DNA of 64,000 nucleotides, taken from an uncultured bacterium (lineage in GTDB: Bacteria; Krumholzibacteriota; Krumholzibacteriia; Krumholzibacteriales; Krumholzibacteriaceae). The position numbers and the translations under genes are program-made. The notes under the pieces were generated by a model. It saw nothing but the letters and a program-made list of their open reading frames with translations. It was not told where the DNA came from and did no database searches. Positions 50,222 to 59,846 of the stretch are shown here, in pieces. Within the stretch, counting starts at the first letter, position 1. The number at the start of each line of letters is the position of its first letter. The stretch lies in contig CAWFAD010000007.1 of the NCBI GenBank assembly GCA_963813815.1, positions 160,001 to 224,000 on the forward strand, given 5' to 3'.

Positions 50222-51280
50222 GTGGAAGAAGATACAACGGGCAAGGAACCGAAGCCGGCGGAGCCGAAAGCGGGAGCCCCCGAGCCTCTCGCGCGTTTTC
50301 TCGTGAGCTCTTCGCCCCACGTGCACGAGGGGAGCCGGGTCCGGAACATCATGATGCTCGTCATCGCGGCGCTGCTTCCCGCGAGCGTTTTTTCGGTGTA
50401 CGTGTTCGGGCTGCCGGCCCTCGTCACCATGCTCGTCTCCGTCGCCTCGGCCGTCGGATTCGAGTGGCTCTGGCAGAAAGCGGTTCGCAAACCCGTGACG
50501 GCGGGGGACGGAAGCGCCGTGCTCACGGGGTTGCTGCTCGCCCTCAACCTTCCCGCCACGAGCCCGTGGTGGATGATTCTCATCGGCAACCTCTTCGCCG
50601 TCGTCGTCGCGAAGCAGTTCTACGGCGGCATCGGATACAACATTTTCAATCCCGCCCTCGTCGGCCGCGTCGTGCTGCTCATCGCTTTCCCCGTGCACAT
50701 GACCGCGCGCTGGATCGCGCCGTCGGCGTGGGGGATGGACGCCGTGACGACGGCGACGCCGCTCGGACGAGCGCGGGAAGCGCTCCTTTCGACGGGGCGC
50801 ATCGACGTCGCCTTCACGCGGCAGGATGTGCTCGATCTCCTCATCGGCAACCGGGCCGGATCGCTCGGCGAGGTGTCGGTCGTGCTGCTCCTCATCGGCG
50901 GGATATTCCTCGTCGCCAAGCGGATCATCACCTGGCACGCCCCCGTCGCTTTTATCGCGAGCGTCTGGGCGATGGCGGGGGTCTTTCATCTCGCCGATCC
51001 CGCGCGGTACGCCGATCCGACGTTTCACGTGATGACGGGAGGCCTGTTCCTCGGAGCCATTTTCATGGCGACCGATTACGTGACGACCCCGCTCACGGCG
51101 GCCGGCAAGCTCGTGTTCGGCGTCGGCTGCGGCGTCATCACCGTGGTGATCCGGCTCTTCGGCGCGTACCCGGAGGGCGTGAGCTTCGCAATACTCCTCA
51201 TGAACGCCTTCACACCGCTCATCGACCGGGCGTTCAAACCGGCCGTGTTCGGTGCGCGCAAGGCGAAGGCCGCCGCGTAG
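50222..51280 (+). CDS. rnfD: Rnf complex subunit D
   Basis: SSPH, FNPALVGR, TTATPL FMN site, MATDYVT. Confidence 0.96.
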   Translation: MEEDTTGKEPKPAEPKAGAPEPLARFLVSSSPHVHEGSRVRNIMMLVIAALLPASVFSVYVFGLPALVTMLVSVASAVGFEWLWQKAVRKPVTAGDGSAVLTGLLLALNLPATSPWWMILIGNLFAVVVAKQFYGGIGYNIFNPALVGRVVLLIAFPVHMTARWIAPSAWGMDAVTTATPLGRAREALLSTGRIDVAFTRQDVLDLLIGNRAGSLGEVSVVLLLIGGIFLVAKRIITWHAPVAFIASVWAMAGVFHLADPARYADPTFHVMTGGLFLGAIFMATDYVTTPLTAAGKLVFGVGCGVITVVIRLFGAYPEGVSFAILLMNAFTPLIDRAFKPAVFGARKAKAAA

Positions 51281-51297
51281 CGGCGGGGAAGGACGCG

Positions 51298-51918
51298 ATG
51301 AAGGAAACGCTCAGACTGTGCTTCGTTCTCACGGCGATCGGAGCCGCGTGCGCCGCCCTCATGGCCTTCGTGGACGGAAAAACGAAAGAGCCGATCGAGA
51401 AGAACGCCGGCGGATCGAAGCTCGACGCGGTGAGCGGTGTGCTGCCGCCGTCGGACAACGACGTCGCCTCCGATACGCTCGTGCTGAACGACGGCACGCG
51501 GGACGTCGTCTTCTACCGGGGAAGAAAGGGCGGGACCGTCGTCGGGGCCGCCTTCGGCGTCACGACCCCGAACGGCTATTCGGGAAGCATCGAGATGCTC
51601 GTCGGCGTCGACACGGCGGGAGTCGTGACGGGGCTCGAGATCCTGAAGCACCTCGAGACCCCGGGGCTCGGCAGCAAGATCGAGACGCCCGAGTTCCGCG
51701 GTCAGTTCCTCGAGAAGAGCCTCCGGGATCCGGAGACGTGGGCGGTGGCGAAGGACGGCGGCGTCTTCAAGCAGATCACCGGCGCGACGATCTCGTCGCG
51801 CGCCGTAACCTCGGCCGTGGCCGCCTCCCTCGAGTTCTTCGAAGCGCACAAGGCGCGGATCCTCGGGGCGGAGAGCGGCGGGAGCGGGAAGGACGCAGCC
51901 GCGGGGGGAGGGAAGTGA
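51298..51918 (+). CDS. rnfG: Rnf complex subunit G
   Basis: GYSG.I, ETPGLG, ITGATISS FMN site. Confidence 0.95.
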   Translation: MKETLRLCFVLTAIGAACAALMAFVDGKTKEPIEKNAGGSKLDAVSGVLPPSDNDVASDTLVLNDGTRDVVFYRGRKGGTVVGAAFGVTTPNGYSGSIEMLVGVDTAGVVTGLEILKHLETPGLGSKIETPEFRGQFLEKSLRDPETWAVAKDGGVFKQITGATISSRAVTSAVAASLEFFEAHKARILGAESGGSGKDAAAGGGK

Positions 51919-52628
51919 TGGGAGCCGGCAAGGAGTTCATGAAGGGGCTCTGGAGCGAGAACCCCATCTTCCGCGTGGTGCTCGGGCTCTGCCCGACGCT
52001 CGCCGTCACGACGGCCGCGCAGAACGGCGTCGGCATGGGAATCGCCGCGACCTTCGTCCTCGTGTGCTCGAACGTCATCATTTCGATGCTCAGGAACTTC
52101 ATCCCGAAGAAGATCCGCATCCCCGCCTACATCGTGCTCATCGCGACCTTCGTCACGGTCGTGGATCTCGTGATGAACGCCTACTTCAATCCGCTGCACA
52201 AGGCGCTCGGCATCTTCATTCCGCTCATCGTGGTGAACTGCATCATCATGGGGAGGGCCGAGGCCTTCGCGTCGAAGAACGGCGTTCTCTACTCGCTGCT
52301 CGACGGCCTCGGGATGGGAATCGGATTCACGATCTCGCTCGTCGTGATCGCGTCGATTCGCGAGCTTCTCGGGAACGGGACGGTGTTCGGAGCGGCGGTC
52401 ATGGGACCTTCCTACGTGCCGTTCCTGCTGCTCATCCTGCCGCCCGGCGCCTTCATCCTTCTCGGCACGATGCTCGGCGCGATGAACCGCGTCGAGATCA
52501 TGCTCGCGCGCCGCGCGGGGCGCACCCCGGCTTTCCGCAAGGAGCACGATTGCGCGAGCTGCGCGATCTTCGCCGGGTGGTCCGACGCCGCGGAGCGGGT
52601 GAAAGCGCTCGAGGAAACCGGCCGCTAG
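51918..52628 (+). CDS. rnfE: Rnf complex subunit E
   Basis: LGLCPTLAVT, IPLIVVNCII, LPPGAF. Confidence 0.96.
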   Translation: MGAGKEFMKGLWSENPIFRVVLGLCPTLAVTTAAQNGVGMGIAATFVLVCSNVIISMLRNFIPKKIRIPAYIVLIATFVTVVDLVMNAYFNPLHKALGIFIPLIVVNCIIMGRAEAFASKNGVLYSLLDGLGMGIGFTISLVVIASIRELLGNGTVFGAAVMGPSYVPFLLLILPPGAFILLGTMLGAMNRVEIMLARRAGRTPAFRKEHDCASCAIFAGWSDAAERVKALEETGR

Positions 52629-52720
52629 AAGCGGACGACGGTCCCGAGAAAGAGCACGAGCGCCGCGGCGGCGACGTGCAGTATCCACCAGCCGGGACGT
52701 CCCCTCAGAAAGTGCTTCAC
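52625..52720 (-). CDS. 31-aa single-TM small protein, not in ORF track (MKHFLRGRPGWWILHVAAAALVLFLGTVVRF)
   Basis: GTG start with GGAGG RBS upstream, 4 nt after the upstream stop; fills the gap exactly; hydrophobic helix. Confidence 0.7.
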   Translation of the reverse strand: MKHFLRGRPGWWILHVAAAALVLFLGTVVRF

Positions 52721-52724
52721 GTCT

Positions 52725-53207
52725 CTACCTCCCCGCGAGCCGCCCGAGCGAGAAGACCGCGCCCAGGTAGACGAAGTGTCTGACCCACCACCACGCCGTG
52801 AAGAGTCTCCCCATTCCGCCGGGATGGTAATGGCGGAGTACGATCTGTCCGAGAAAGAGCTTCGGCAGCAGGAGCAGGATGCTCGCGAGCGTCGTGCCGA
52901 GGAGGATATTCCCCGCAGACGGGGGCGAGGGAGGCAGCGAGACGCTGAGCGCCGCCATCGCGATCGTTCCCGCGACGGCGCTCATGCCGTTCCATAGATA
53001 GCCGGCGACGAACGTCCGGGGGAACGCGAGGAGAAACGGCGCGACGGCGACGGAGAGGATTCCCGACGCGAGCGGCACGATGAACGCGGGATTCGACGGA
53101 TCCGCCGGATCGAAGGACACCGGGTGGATGCGCAGGTGCAGCAGCAATCCGCCGAGCGAGAGGATCGCTGTCGCCGCGATCGGCGGAGCGAGCGGATTCG
53201 CTTTCAT
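52725..53207 (-). CDS. Hypothetical multi-pass membrane protein
   Basis: Four to five hydrophobic segments; His in LLLHLRIH and WWVRH. Confidence 0.75.
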   Translation of the reverse strand: MKANPLAPPIAATAILSLGGLLLHLRIHPVSFDPADPSNPAFIVPLASGILSVAVAPFLLAFPRTFVAGYLWNGMSAVAGTIAMAALSVSLPPSPPSAGNILLGTTLASILLLLPKLFLGQIVLRHYHPGGMGRLFTAWWWVRHFVYLGAVFSLGRLAGR

Positions 53208-53213
53208 CGGGCG

Positions 53214-53705
53214 TCACCTCTTTTCCGCGCCGCCGGAGGGTGCGGGAGGCGCCGCGGGGGGTTCGGGCGCCGCGAGGCCCGCCGCCCAGAGCCCGATCGT
53301 CTCGATATCCGCGGCCTTGAGCGGGGGAGCGCCGATCGGCATGATTTTTCCCCTGATCCCCGGGGTCCCGCGGAGCTTCATGAGGAGGTAGCTGCGCTGC
53401 GGCGCTTTCGTGTCGACGAGCATGAGCGTGTCGACCTGCCGGCTCGGCGCGTTCGCGACGGCGGCCGTCATCTTTTCGGGTTCGAGGGCAAGACGCGCCT
53501 TGGGATACGCTCCCGCGTGGCAGCCGGCGGTGGCGCAGCTGCGCTTGAAGATCGCCGCCGCGCGCGCGGCGAGCGCGGCGCGGAGAGAGTCGGCGGACGC
53601 CGCGGGCCGCTCGGCCGCGGCCCGTTCGACGGGCGCGACCGCGAGGAACGAGCAGAGCAGCGCCGCCGCGAGAACGAGCGGGGCGCGAGAGGCGTGATGT
53701 TTCAT
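53214..53705 (-). CDS. Exported c-type cytochrome-like protein with CX4CH motif
   Basis: Signal peptide, IF..SCATAGCH, SYLLMKL, IMP (distal Met), I.TI.LW. Confidence 0.75.
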   Translation of the reverse strand: MKHHASRAPLVLAAALLCSFLAVAPVERAAAERPAASADSLRAALAARAAAIFKRSCATAGCHAGAYPKARLALEPEKMTAAVANAPSRQVDTLMLVDTKAPQRSYLLMKLRGTPGIRGKIMPIGAPPLKAADIETIGLWAAGLAAPEPPAAPPAPSGGAEKR

Positions 53706-53736
53706 GAAAGCCCTCCCTTCCGATCCGGAGAGGCGG

Positions 53737-54768
53737 TCAGCGCCCTTCCGCGTTCGCGTCGAGGGCGAGCCGGTCTCCAAAGATCCCGATAGTCCGGTAT
53801 TCTATCCCATCTCCCGCCGGCAACGCAAACAGAGCCGCGATCCCCGCGAGGGGCTCGACGGCCTTCGCGCCATCCGCGGGACCGAGGACGAAGAGACCCG
53901 TCGAGAGGGCGTCCGCGGCGAGCGCCGTCGGCGCGACGACGGTGACGCTCAGCACGTTTTCGACGGGGCGTCCCGTGCGCGGATCGATGAGATGTCCGTA
54001 CCGGCGGCCGTCGATCTCGACGAAGTTCTCGTAGTTGCCGGATGTGGCGATCGCCGCGTCGGCGAGGAGGATCGTTCCGACCGTTTCGAGACCGCCGCGG
54101 GGGTCGCGGACGCCGATGCGCCAGCCGCGGCCTCCCGGCGGGCTTCCGATGGCGTACATGTTGCCCCCGAGATTGACGAGCGCCGCGCGGATGCCGCGCC
54201 GCTCGAGGATCGCGGCGCCGCGGTCGACGGCGTATCCCTTGGCGATGCCGGCGAAGTCGATCCCGGCTCCGGGAGGGAGCGTGACGGCCGAGGAATCGGG
54301 ATCGAGCGCGATCCCGCCGTAGCCGACGAGCGAGAGCGCCGAGTCGATCGCCGCCGGCGCCGGGAGCCTCGGGACCCCTCCCTGGAAGCCCCAGAGGAGA
54401 ACGAGCGGCCGGACCGTCACGTCGAAGGCGCCGCCCGTCGAGCGCGAATAGCGAAGCGAGCTGTCGACGAGGGCGTAGAGCTCGGGCGACACCGAGACCG
54501 GTTCGCCGCGCGATCCGTCGTTGAGACGCGAGAGCTCGCTCGAGCTCTTCCACGTGCTCATGACACCCTCGATGCGGCGGAACTCCCTGAAAACCGCCTC
54601 GGCCGCGTCTTCCGCCTCGGCTTCCCCCGCGCCGGCGACGGTCACCCACGCCATCGTGCCCATGACGAAGGTTTCGGAGGTGTGCATCTCGCGGCGTGCG
54701 CAGGAGATCTGCGGCGCCGCGAGGGCGGCGGCGAGAATGACCGGAACGACTGACCGCGGGAGGCTCAT
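53737..54768 (-). CDS. apbE: FAD:protein FMN transferase
   Basis: MGT, GAFDVT, GIAKGY, ATSGNY, HLIDPRTG, ADALST. Confidence 0.95.
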   Translation of the reverse strand: MSLPRSVVPVILAAALAAPQISCARREMHTSETFVMGTMAWVTVAGAGEAEAEDAAEAVFREFRRIEGVMSTWKSSSELSRLNDGSRGEPVSVSPELYALVDSSLRYSRSTGGAFDVTVRPLVLLWGFQGGVPRLPAPAAIDSALSLVGYGGIALDPDSSAVTLPPGAGIDFAGIAKGYAVDRGAAILERRGIRAALVNLGGNMYAIGSPPGGRGWRIGVRDPRGGLETVGTILLADAAIATSGNYENFVEIDGRRYGHLIDPRTGRPVENVLSVTVVAPTALAADALSTGLFVLGPADGAKAVEPLAGIAALFALPAGDGIEYRTIGIFGDRLALDANAEGR

Positions 54769-56036
54769 GGCGACGGCTTTCCGAGCAGCCGGCACATCCG
54801 TTTCTTGTACTCCTCGACACCCGGCTGGTCGAAGGGATTGACGCCGAGCAGGAGCGCCGAGAGGGCGATCGCGACCTCGAAGAATACGAAAAGCTCGCCG
54901 ATCGAGTCAGGCGTGATCGACGGAACCTCGATCGCGGCGACGGGTATTCCGCCCGCGGCGTGCGCCTCGCGAGTTCCCTCGAACGCGCGGCGGTTCACCC
55001 AGCCGAGGCTGCGTCCGGCGAGATAATCGAGGCCGTCGTCGTCGTCCGGCGCGCGTTCGAGCGCGACGTCCGTTCGGGGGGCGGCGGCGACGAGAAAGGT
55101 CTCGAGGAGGTTGCGGGAGCCTTCCTGGAGATACTGTCCGAGCGAGTGGAGGTCCGTCGTCATGACCGCCGAAGCGGGGAAAAGCCCCCGGCCCGCCTTC
55201 CCTTCCGACTCGCCGGCGAGCTGCTTCCACCATTCGGCGAAGGAGGCGAGCTCCGGGTGAAACGTCGAGAGGACCTCGACCGCCGCGCCTTTCTCGTGGA
55301 GGAGACGGCGCGCGAGTGCGTACCGCACGGCGCCGTTTGCGGCGTCGATCCGAAGCGCACGTTCGAGCGCGGCCCGGCCCCCGGCGAGCAGGTCGGCGAC
55401 GGGAATGCCCGAGGCGGCGCAGGGGAGGAGCCCGACGGGAGAGAGAACGCTCCACCGCCCTCCGACGCCTCGCGGGATCTCGAAGGTCCGCCAGCCTTCC
55501 CGCGCGGCCATCGCGCGGAGAACGCCCGTTTCCCCGTCGGTGACGGCGGTGATCCGCCTCGACGCCTCCCGCGCTCCGACGGAGGAGGCGAGGGCCTTTC
55601 GCACGAGGCGCAGCGCGAGGGCGGGCTCGATCGTGGAGCCCGACTTCGAGATGACGCAGACGGAAAAGCGCTTTCCGGCGAGCGACTGGAGAACCCGCGC
55701 GTGATACTCGGGGGAGAGGTTCGTGCCCGCGAAGAGAACGGGAAACCGGGCCTCGCCGGGAAGGGCGTCGATCGCCGCGCGGGCGCCGAGATAGGAGCCG
55801 CCGATGCCGATTACGACGAGGCAGTCGCTTTCATCTTGGACTCGCTTGCCCCAATCGGCGATCCGGAGGACGTCCCGTTCTCCGGCGCCGGGAAGGTCGA
55901 GCCACCCGAGCATGCCGGCCCCGGGCACCTCCCGGCGAGCGAGGGAGGCGAGCGTTTCGAGCGCGCGCGGAAGGGCCCCGTCGAGCTCGCCGGCGGCGAG
56001 CGATGGTGTCACTCGTGAGAGGTCGAGCGAGAGCAT
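54765..56036 (-). CDS. pgi: Glucose-6-phosphate isomerase
   Basis: GIGGSYLG, SKSGST.E, GGRWSVLS, QLAGESEGK, PFDQPGVEEYK. Confidence 0.96.
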   Translation of the reverse strand: MLSLDLSRVTPSLAAGELDGALPRALETLASLARREVPGAGMLGWLDLPGAGERDVLRIADWGKRVQDESDCLVVIGIGGSYLGARAAIDALPGEARFPVLFAGTNLSPEYHARVLQSLAGKRFSVCVISKSGSTIEPALALRLVRKALASSVGAREASRRITAVTDGETGVLRAMAAREGWRTFEIPRGVGGRWSVLSPVGLLPCAASGIPVADLLAGGRAALERALRIDAANGAVRYALARRLLHEKGAAVEVLSTFHPELASFAEWWKQLAGESEGKAGRGLFPASAVMTTDLHSLGQYLQEGSRNLLETFLVAAAPRTDVALERAPDDDDGLDYLAGRSLGWVNRRAFEGTREAHAAGGIPVAAIEVPSITPDSIGELFVFFEVAIALSALLLGVNPFDQPGVEEYKKRMCRLLGKPSP

Positions 56037-56070
56037 GACGCTTCCTTCCCGGTCGAGGGCCCCGCGGCAC

Positions 56071-57746
56071 TCACTTCGCCGCGTCCATCATCTCCTCGCA
56101 GAGCCGCACGGTCTCCTCGGCGGCGCGGACGATCTCGTCGCGCAGCGCGCGCGCCTCCTCGATGGCCTCGCTCCTGAACGCGGCGTCCGTGATGCCGGGG
56201 AGATTGATCTTCACGTTGAGGTACGCCCCCTCGGCGGCCGTGCGGGCGGCCGAGGCCGCGACCCCGCCGTCGCTCGCCGAATTCCTGTTGCCGTGCCGGA
56301 CGACGGCGTCGGCGAGCGAGGCCGCCTCGCGGCAACGCCGGAGCACCCCGAGGGGAACGAGCGTGGCGCCCTTCGTCGCTTCCTGAATCGCCGCCTCGCG
56401 GGCGCGCTTATCGTCGTCCGTCGCCTTCGGCAGCCGCATCGCGTCCATCACCCGGTTGAAGGCGTCCGTGTCGCGGTCGACGTCGGCGACGAACTCGACG
56501 GCGATCTCCTGGGCGCGGAGCCCGACGCGCTCCATCTCGGCGAAGGCGCTCTCGTACCCCTTCTTGCCGTGCGTGAGCGCGGCGACCATCGACGAGAGCG
56601 CGCCGCTGAGGGCTCCGCAGAGAGCCGCCACGCTTCCGCCGCCCGGCGCGGGCGCGTCGGTCGAAAGGACGTCGACGAACCTGTTCACCGTCATCCCGGC
56701 GAGGACGCCCGTCGTCCGGAACTGGTACTCGATGATCTTCTTGTCCGGTTCGAAGGGATAGAGCTCTCCGAGACCCATCGAGAGAACGGCGATGTGGATG
56801 AGCTCGCTCTCGGGGACCGCCGTCGTCCGTCCCTGTTTTTTCAGGTAATGCCGGCCGGTCTGGAGCAGCGCCTCGAGCGGAATGAGCCCGACGAGCTCGC
56901 TCCCCGTCACTCGCGCGCCGAGCTTCGCGGCGAGAGCGCACGCCTCGTCGAAGGCGGCGTGAGGCGGGGTCACCTTGTAGTTCACGAGGTTCATCGAGAT
57001 CTGAGCGCGGCCGAAGCCCTCGAGGTACCAGCCGACCGCCTTGCAGGCCTTGAACCTTCCCGGCGTGAAGATCGTGTTGCCGCAATCGTCCTTGCAGACG
57101 GAGCCGGTGGCGTCGCGCTTCGCGCGTCCTTTTCCCGGAGGTCGAAGGCGATCTCCCGCGCGATGCGAACGTCGCGGGTGTTGAGGTTGACGTTGAAGGC
57201 GATGAGAAACTCGCGCGCCCCGATGACGGTCGCTCCGGTCCGGGGATTGAACGCGGCGGGGCCGAAATCCGGCTTCCATTTCGGATCCTTGAGCTTTTCG
57301 GCGAGTCCCTCGTACTCCCCCGCGCGGATGTCGGCGAGGTTGCGGCGCGAGGGGTCGGAGGCGGCCTCCTCGTAGAGATACACGGGAATGCCGAGCTCGG
57401 CGCCGACGCGCGCTCCGAGCCTGCGCGCGAGCTCCGCGCATTCGTCCATCGTGGTTCCGGACACCGGCACGAAGGGACAGACGTCCGTGGCGCCGAGCCG
57501 CGCGTGCGCGCCCGCGTGCGATCGCATGTCGATGATCTCGGCGGCCGCGGCGATGGCCCGAAAGGCCGCCTCGAGAACCGCCTCGGGCTCGCCGATGAAG
57601 GTCACGACGGTGCGGTTCGTATCCTTGCCGGGGTCGACGTCGAGGAGCTTCACGCCCTCGCTTTCGCGGATAACGGCCGCGATCCGCTCTATCTTCGCGG
57701 CGTCGCGTCCTTCGCTGAAATTCGGAACGCATTCGACGAGTTTCAT
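56071..57746 (-). pseudogene. ftcd: Bifunctional glutamate formimidoyltransferase/cyclodeaminase, frameshifted near 57130
   Basis: ECVPNFSEGR, HARLGATDVCPF, GAR..LIAFN in one frame; AQISMNL, GSELVGL, APGGGSVAA, NVKINL in another. Confidence 0.9.
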
Positions 57747-57912
57747 TCCGTGCATCACCTCGCGGCCGAAGAGTCGTTCTTGCGCTGCGGACGACAGGTA
57801 TGGTACGTTCACGCCCGCCGGTGTCGTGTCCTCCGGCGGATCGGCTGAAGCATACAGAGCGCGTGCGCGACGGTCAAGACCGGTTGTGCTCCGGAGGCGC
57901 GCCGGGGACGAT

Positions 57913-58707
57913 ATGCAATTCCACGTCAGCATCACGCTCGATACGCTCGAGGGGCGCGTCGACGAGGCGCTCCGCGGGGGGTTTCGGCCCGAGGTGCGGA
58001 TGGCGAACGTGGAGCACCTGCGTCTCCTCGACGCCGCCTCGCTCTCCCGCCTGCGCGACCTGCGCGACGAACGCGGTTTTCGCACCTTCTCCCACGGTCC
58101 CTACCTCGGACTCGACATCGCGAGCCTCAACGGCCACATCGCGCGTTACAGCGCCGAATGCCTCGATCGCGGCATCGAGGCGACGGCCGCGCTCGGGGGC
58201 TCCGTCATGGTCATCCATACGAACTATTCTCCCTTTTTCTCCCGGGCGGGGCTCCGCGAGTGGATGCGCAACTGGAGCGAACGCATGCTGCCCGTGATCG
58301 AGACGGCGCGCTCGCTCGGCGTGAGCCTGGCGCTCGAAAACGTCTGGGAGCGCACGCCGGAGGAGCTCGAGCGTCTTCTCGACGCGCTTCCGAGAGAAGC
58401 CGTCTTCGTCTGTCTCGACACCGGGCACCTCGCCGCCTTTTCGCGGCTGCCGGTCGAAAGGTGGTGGAGGCGTCTCGGCGACCGCGTCGTCGCCCTTCAT
58501 CTGCACGACAACGACGGGCTCTCGGACGATCACCTGCCGCCGGGAGCCGGGATCTTTGATTTTCCGGCGCTCGCATCGCTGCTCGCCGGGGCCGCGGAGG
58601 CCCCGCTCATGACGCTCGAGGTCGACATCGCGCGCGCCCGCGCGGGGAGGGCGTATCTCGAATCACTCGGAATAACCCCGGGGGAGGGGCGGAGGGCGGC
58701 TCGATGA
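57913..58707 (+). CDS. Sugar-phosphate isomerase/epimerase (AP endonuclease 2 TIM barrel)
   Basis: HGPY, LEN, CLDTGH, HLHDN...DDHL..G.G, TLE. Confidence 0.88.
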   Translation: MQFHVSITLDTLEGRVDEALRGGFRPEVRMANVEHLRLLDAASLSRLRDLRDERGFRTFSHGPYLGLDIASLNGHIARYSAECLDRGIEATAALGGSVMVIHTNYSPFFSRAGLREWMRNWSERMLPVIETARSLGVSLALENVWERTPEELERLLDALPREAVFVCLDTGHLAAFSRLPVERWWRRLGDRVVALHLHDNDGLSDDHLPPGAGIFDFPALASLLAGAAEAPLMTLEVDIARARAGRAYLESLGITPGEGRRAAR

Positions 58708-59846
58708 CGGAGGAAGTGCGCATACTCCACACATCGGATGTCCACCTCGGGGCCCCGTTTCTCTTTCTCGGCTCGAAGGGGGAGGAGCAGCGCCGGGCGC
58801 TGCGCGACGCCCTCGAGCGGACGGTCGCGATCGCCCGCGAGCGGTCCTGCCACGCGATCGTCATCGCGGGGGATCTCTTCGACGGCGCGTTCGACGCGCG
58901 CGAGAGCGACGTGGCGTTCGCGGCTCTTTGTCTCGCGGCCGCGGGCCCGTCGTGCCGCGTCGTGATTCTCCCCGGAGGCCACGATTGCTACGCGCCCGGC
59001 TCCGTTTTCGAGCGCGAGCGGGCGCGTTTCGAGGCGTGCGGGACCGTTCACATCCTGACGCCGGGGCGATCCTTCGTCGTCTTTCCCGATATCTCCCTCG
59101 CCGTGCACGGGGCGCCGCTCGTCTCCCCGTCTCCCGCCCCCGGAGCGCTCTCGTCCCTGGCCCCGGTCCCGGAGTGCCGCTTCAACGTCTGCCTCGCCCA
59201 CGGATCGGTCGCATCCGCGGGGGCGCAGTTCGACGCGCGCGAGGAACCCCTCCGGCTCGAAGAGCTCGCCCGCGGATTCGATTACGTCGCGCTCGGCCAC
59301 TGGCACTCGCGGCGCGCCGTGAGTGCCGGGAAGCCCGCGGCGCACTACAGCGGCTCTCCCGAGATCGTCGCCCGCGATCAGCGCGGCGCCGGATCGATCA
59401 TCTCCGTGGAGCTCTCGCGGGCCGGAGTCCGGGTCGAGAACCTGGAGGTCGGCCGGCGGCGCATCGAGCGCGTGGAGGTCGACTGCACAGGGATCGGAAC
59501 CACCGAGGATCTCGTGAAGGCGGTCGCCGGCGCGGCGAAGCCGGACGCCGACCTCATCGTCGAGCTCGCGCTCTCGGGGTACATCGATCTCGACGCCGCG
59601 ACGGACGCCGAGGCCGCCGCGGCGGCGCTCGCGGAGCGGTATTTCTCGGTGCGTCTCGCCGGCGAGGGCCCCTCGCGGGCGATCGGCCGGGAGGACCTGC
59701 TCGCCGCGCCGGAGGACACGGTCGCCGGCCGGTTCGCGCGGATCATGCTCCGTAGGATCGACGAGGCGGCGGCCTCGGAGCGCGCGATCCTCGAGGAAGC
59801 GCTCCAGATCGGCGTCCAGCTTCTGAGAGGAAGAGATTTGATGTGA
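58704..59846 (+). CDS. SbcD/Mre11-like metallophosphoesterase (YhaO-like)
   Basis: HTSDVHLG, AGDLFD, PGGHD, AHG, YVALGHWH, YSGSPE. Confidence 0.9.
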   Translation: MTEEVRILHTSDVHLGAPFLFLGSKGEEQRRALRDALERTVAIARERSCHAIVIAGDLFDGAFDARESDVAFAALCLAAAGPSCRVVILPGGHDCYAPGSVFERERARFEACGTVHILTPGRSFVVFPDISLAVHGAPLVSPSPAPGALSSLAPVPECRFNVCLAHGSVASAGAQFDAREEPLRLEELARGFDYVALGHWHSRRAVSAGKPAAHYSGSPEIVARDQRGAGSIISVELSRAGVRVENLEVGRRRIERVEVDCTGIGTTEDLVKAVAGAAKPDADLIVELALSGYIDLDAATDAEAAAAALAERYFSVRLAGEGPSRAIGREDLLAAPEDTVAGRFARIMLRRIDEAAASERAILEEALQIGVQLLRGRDLM

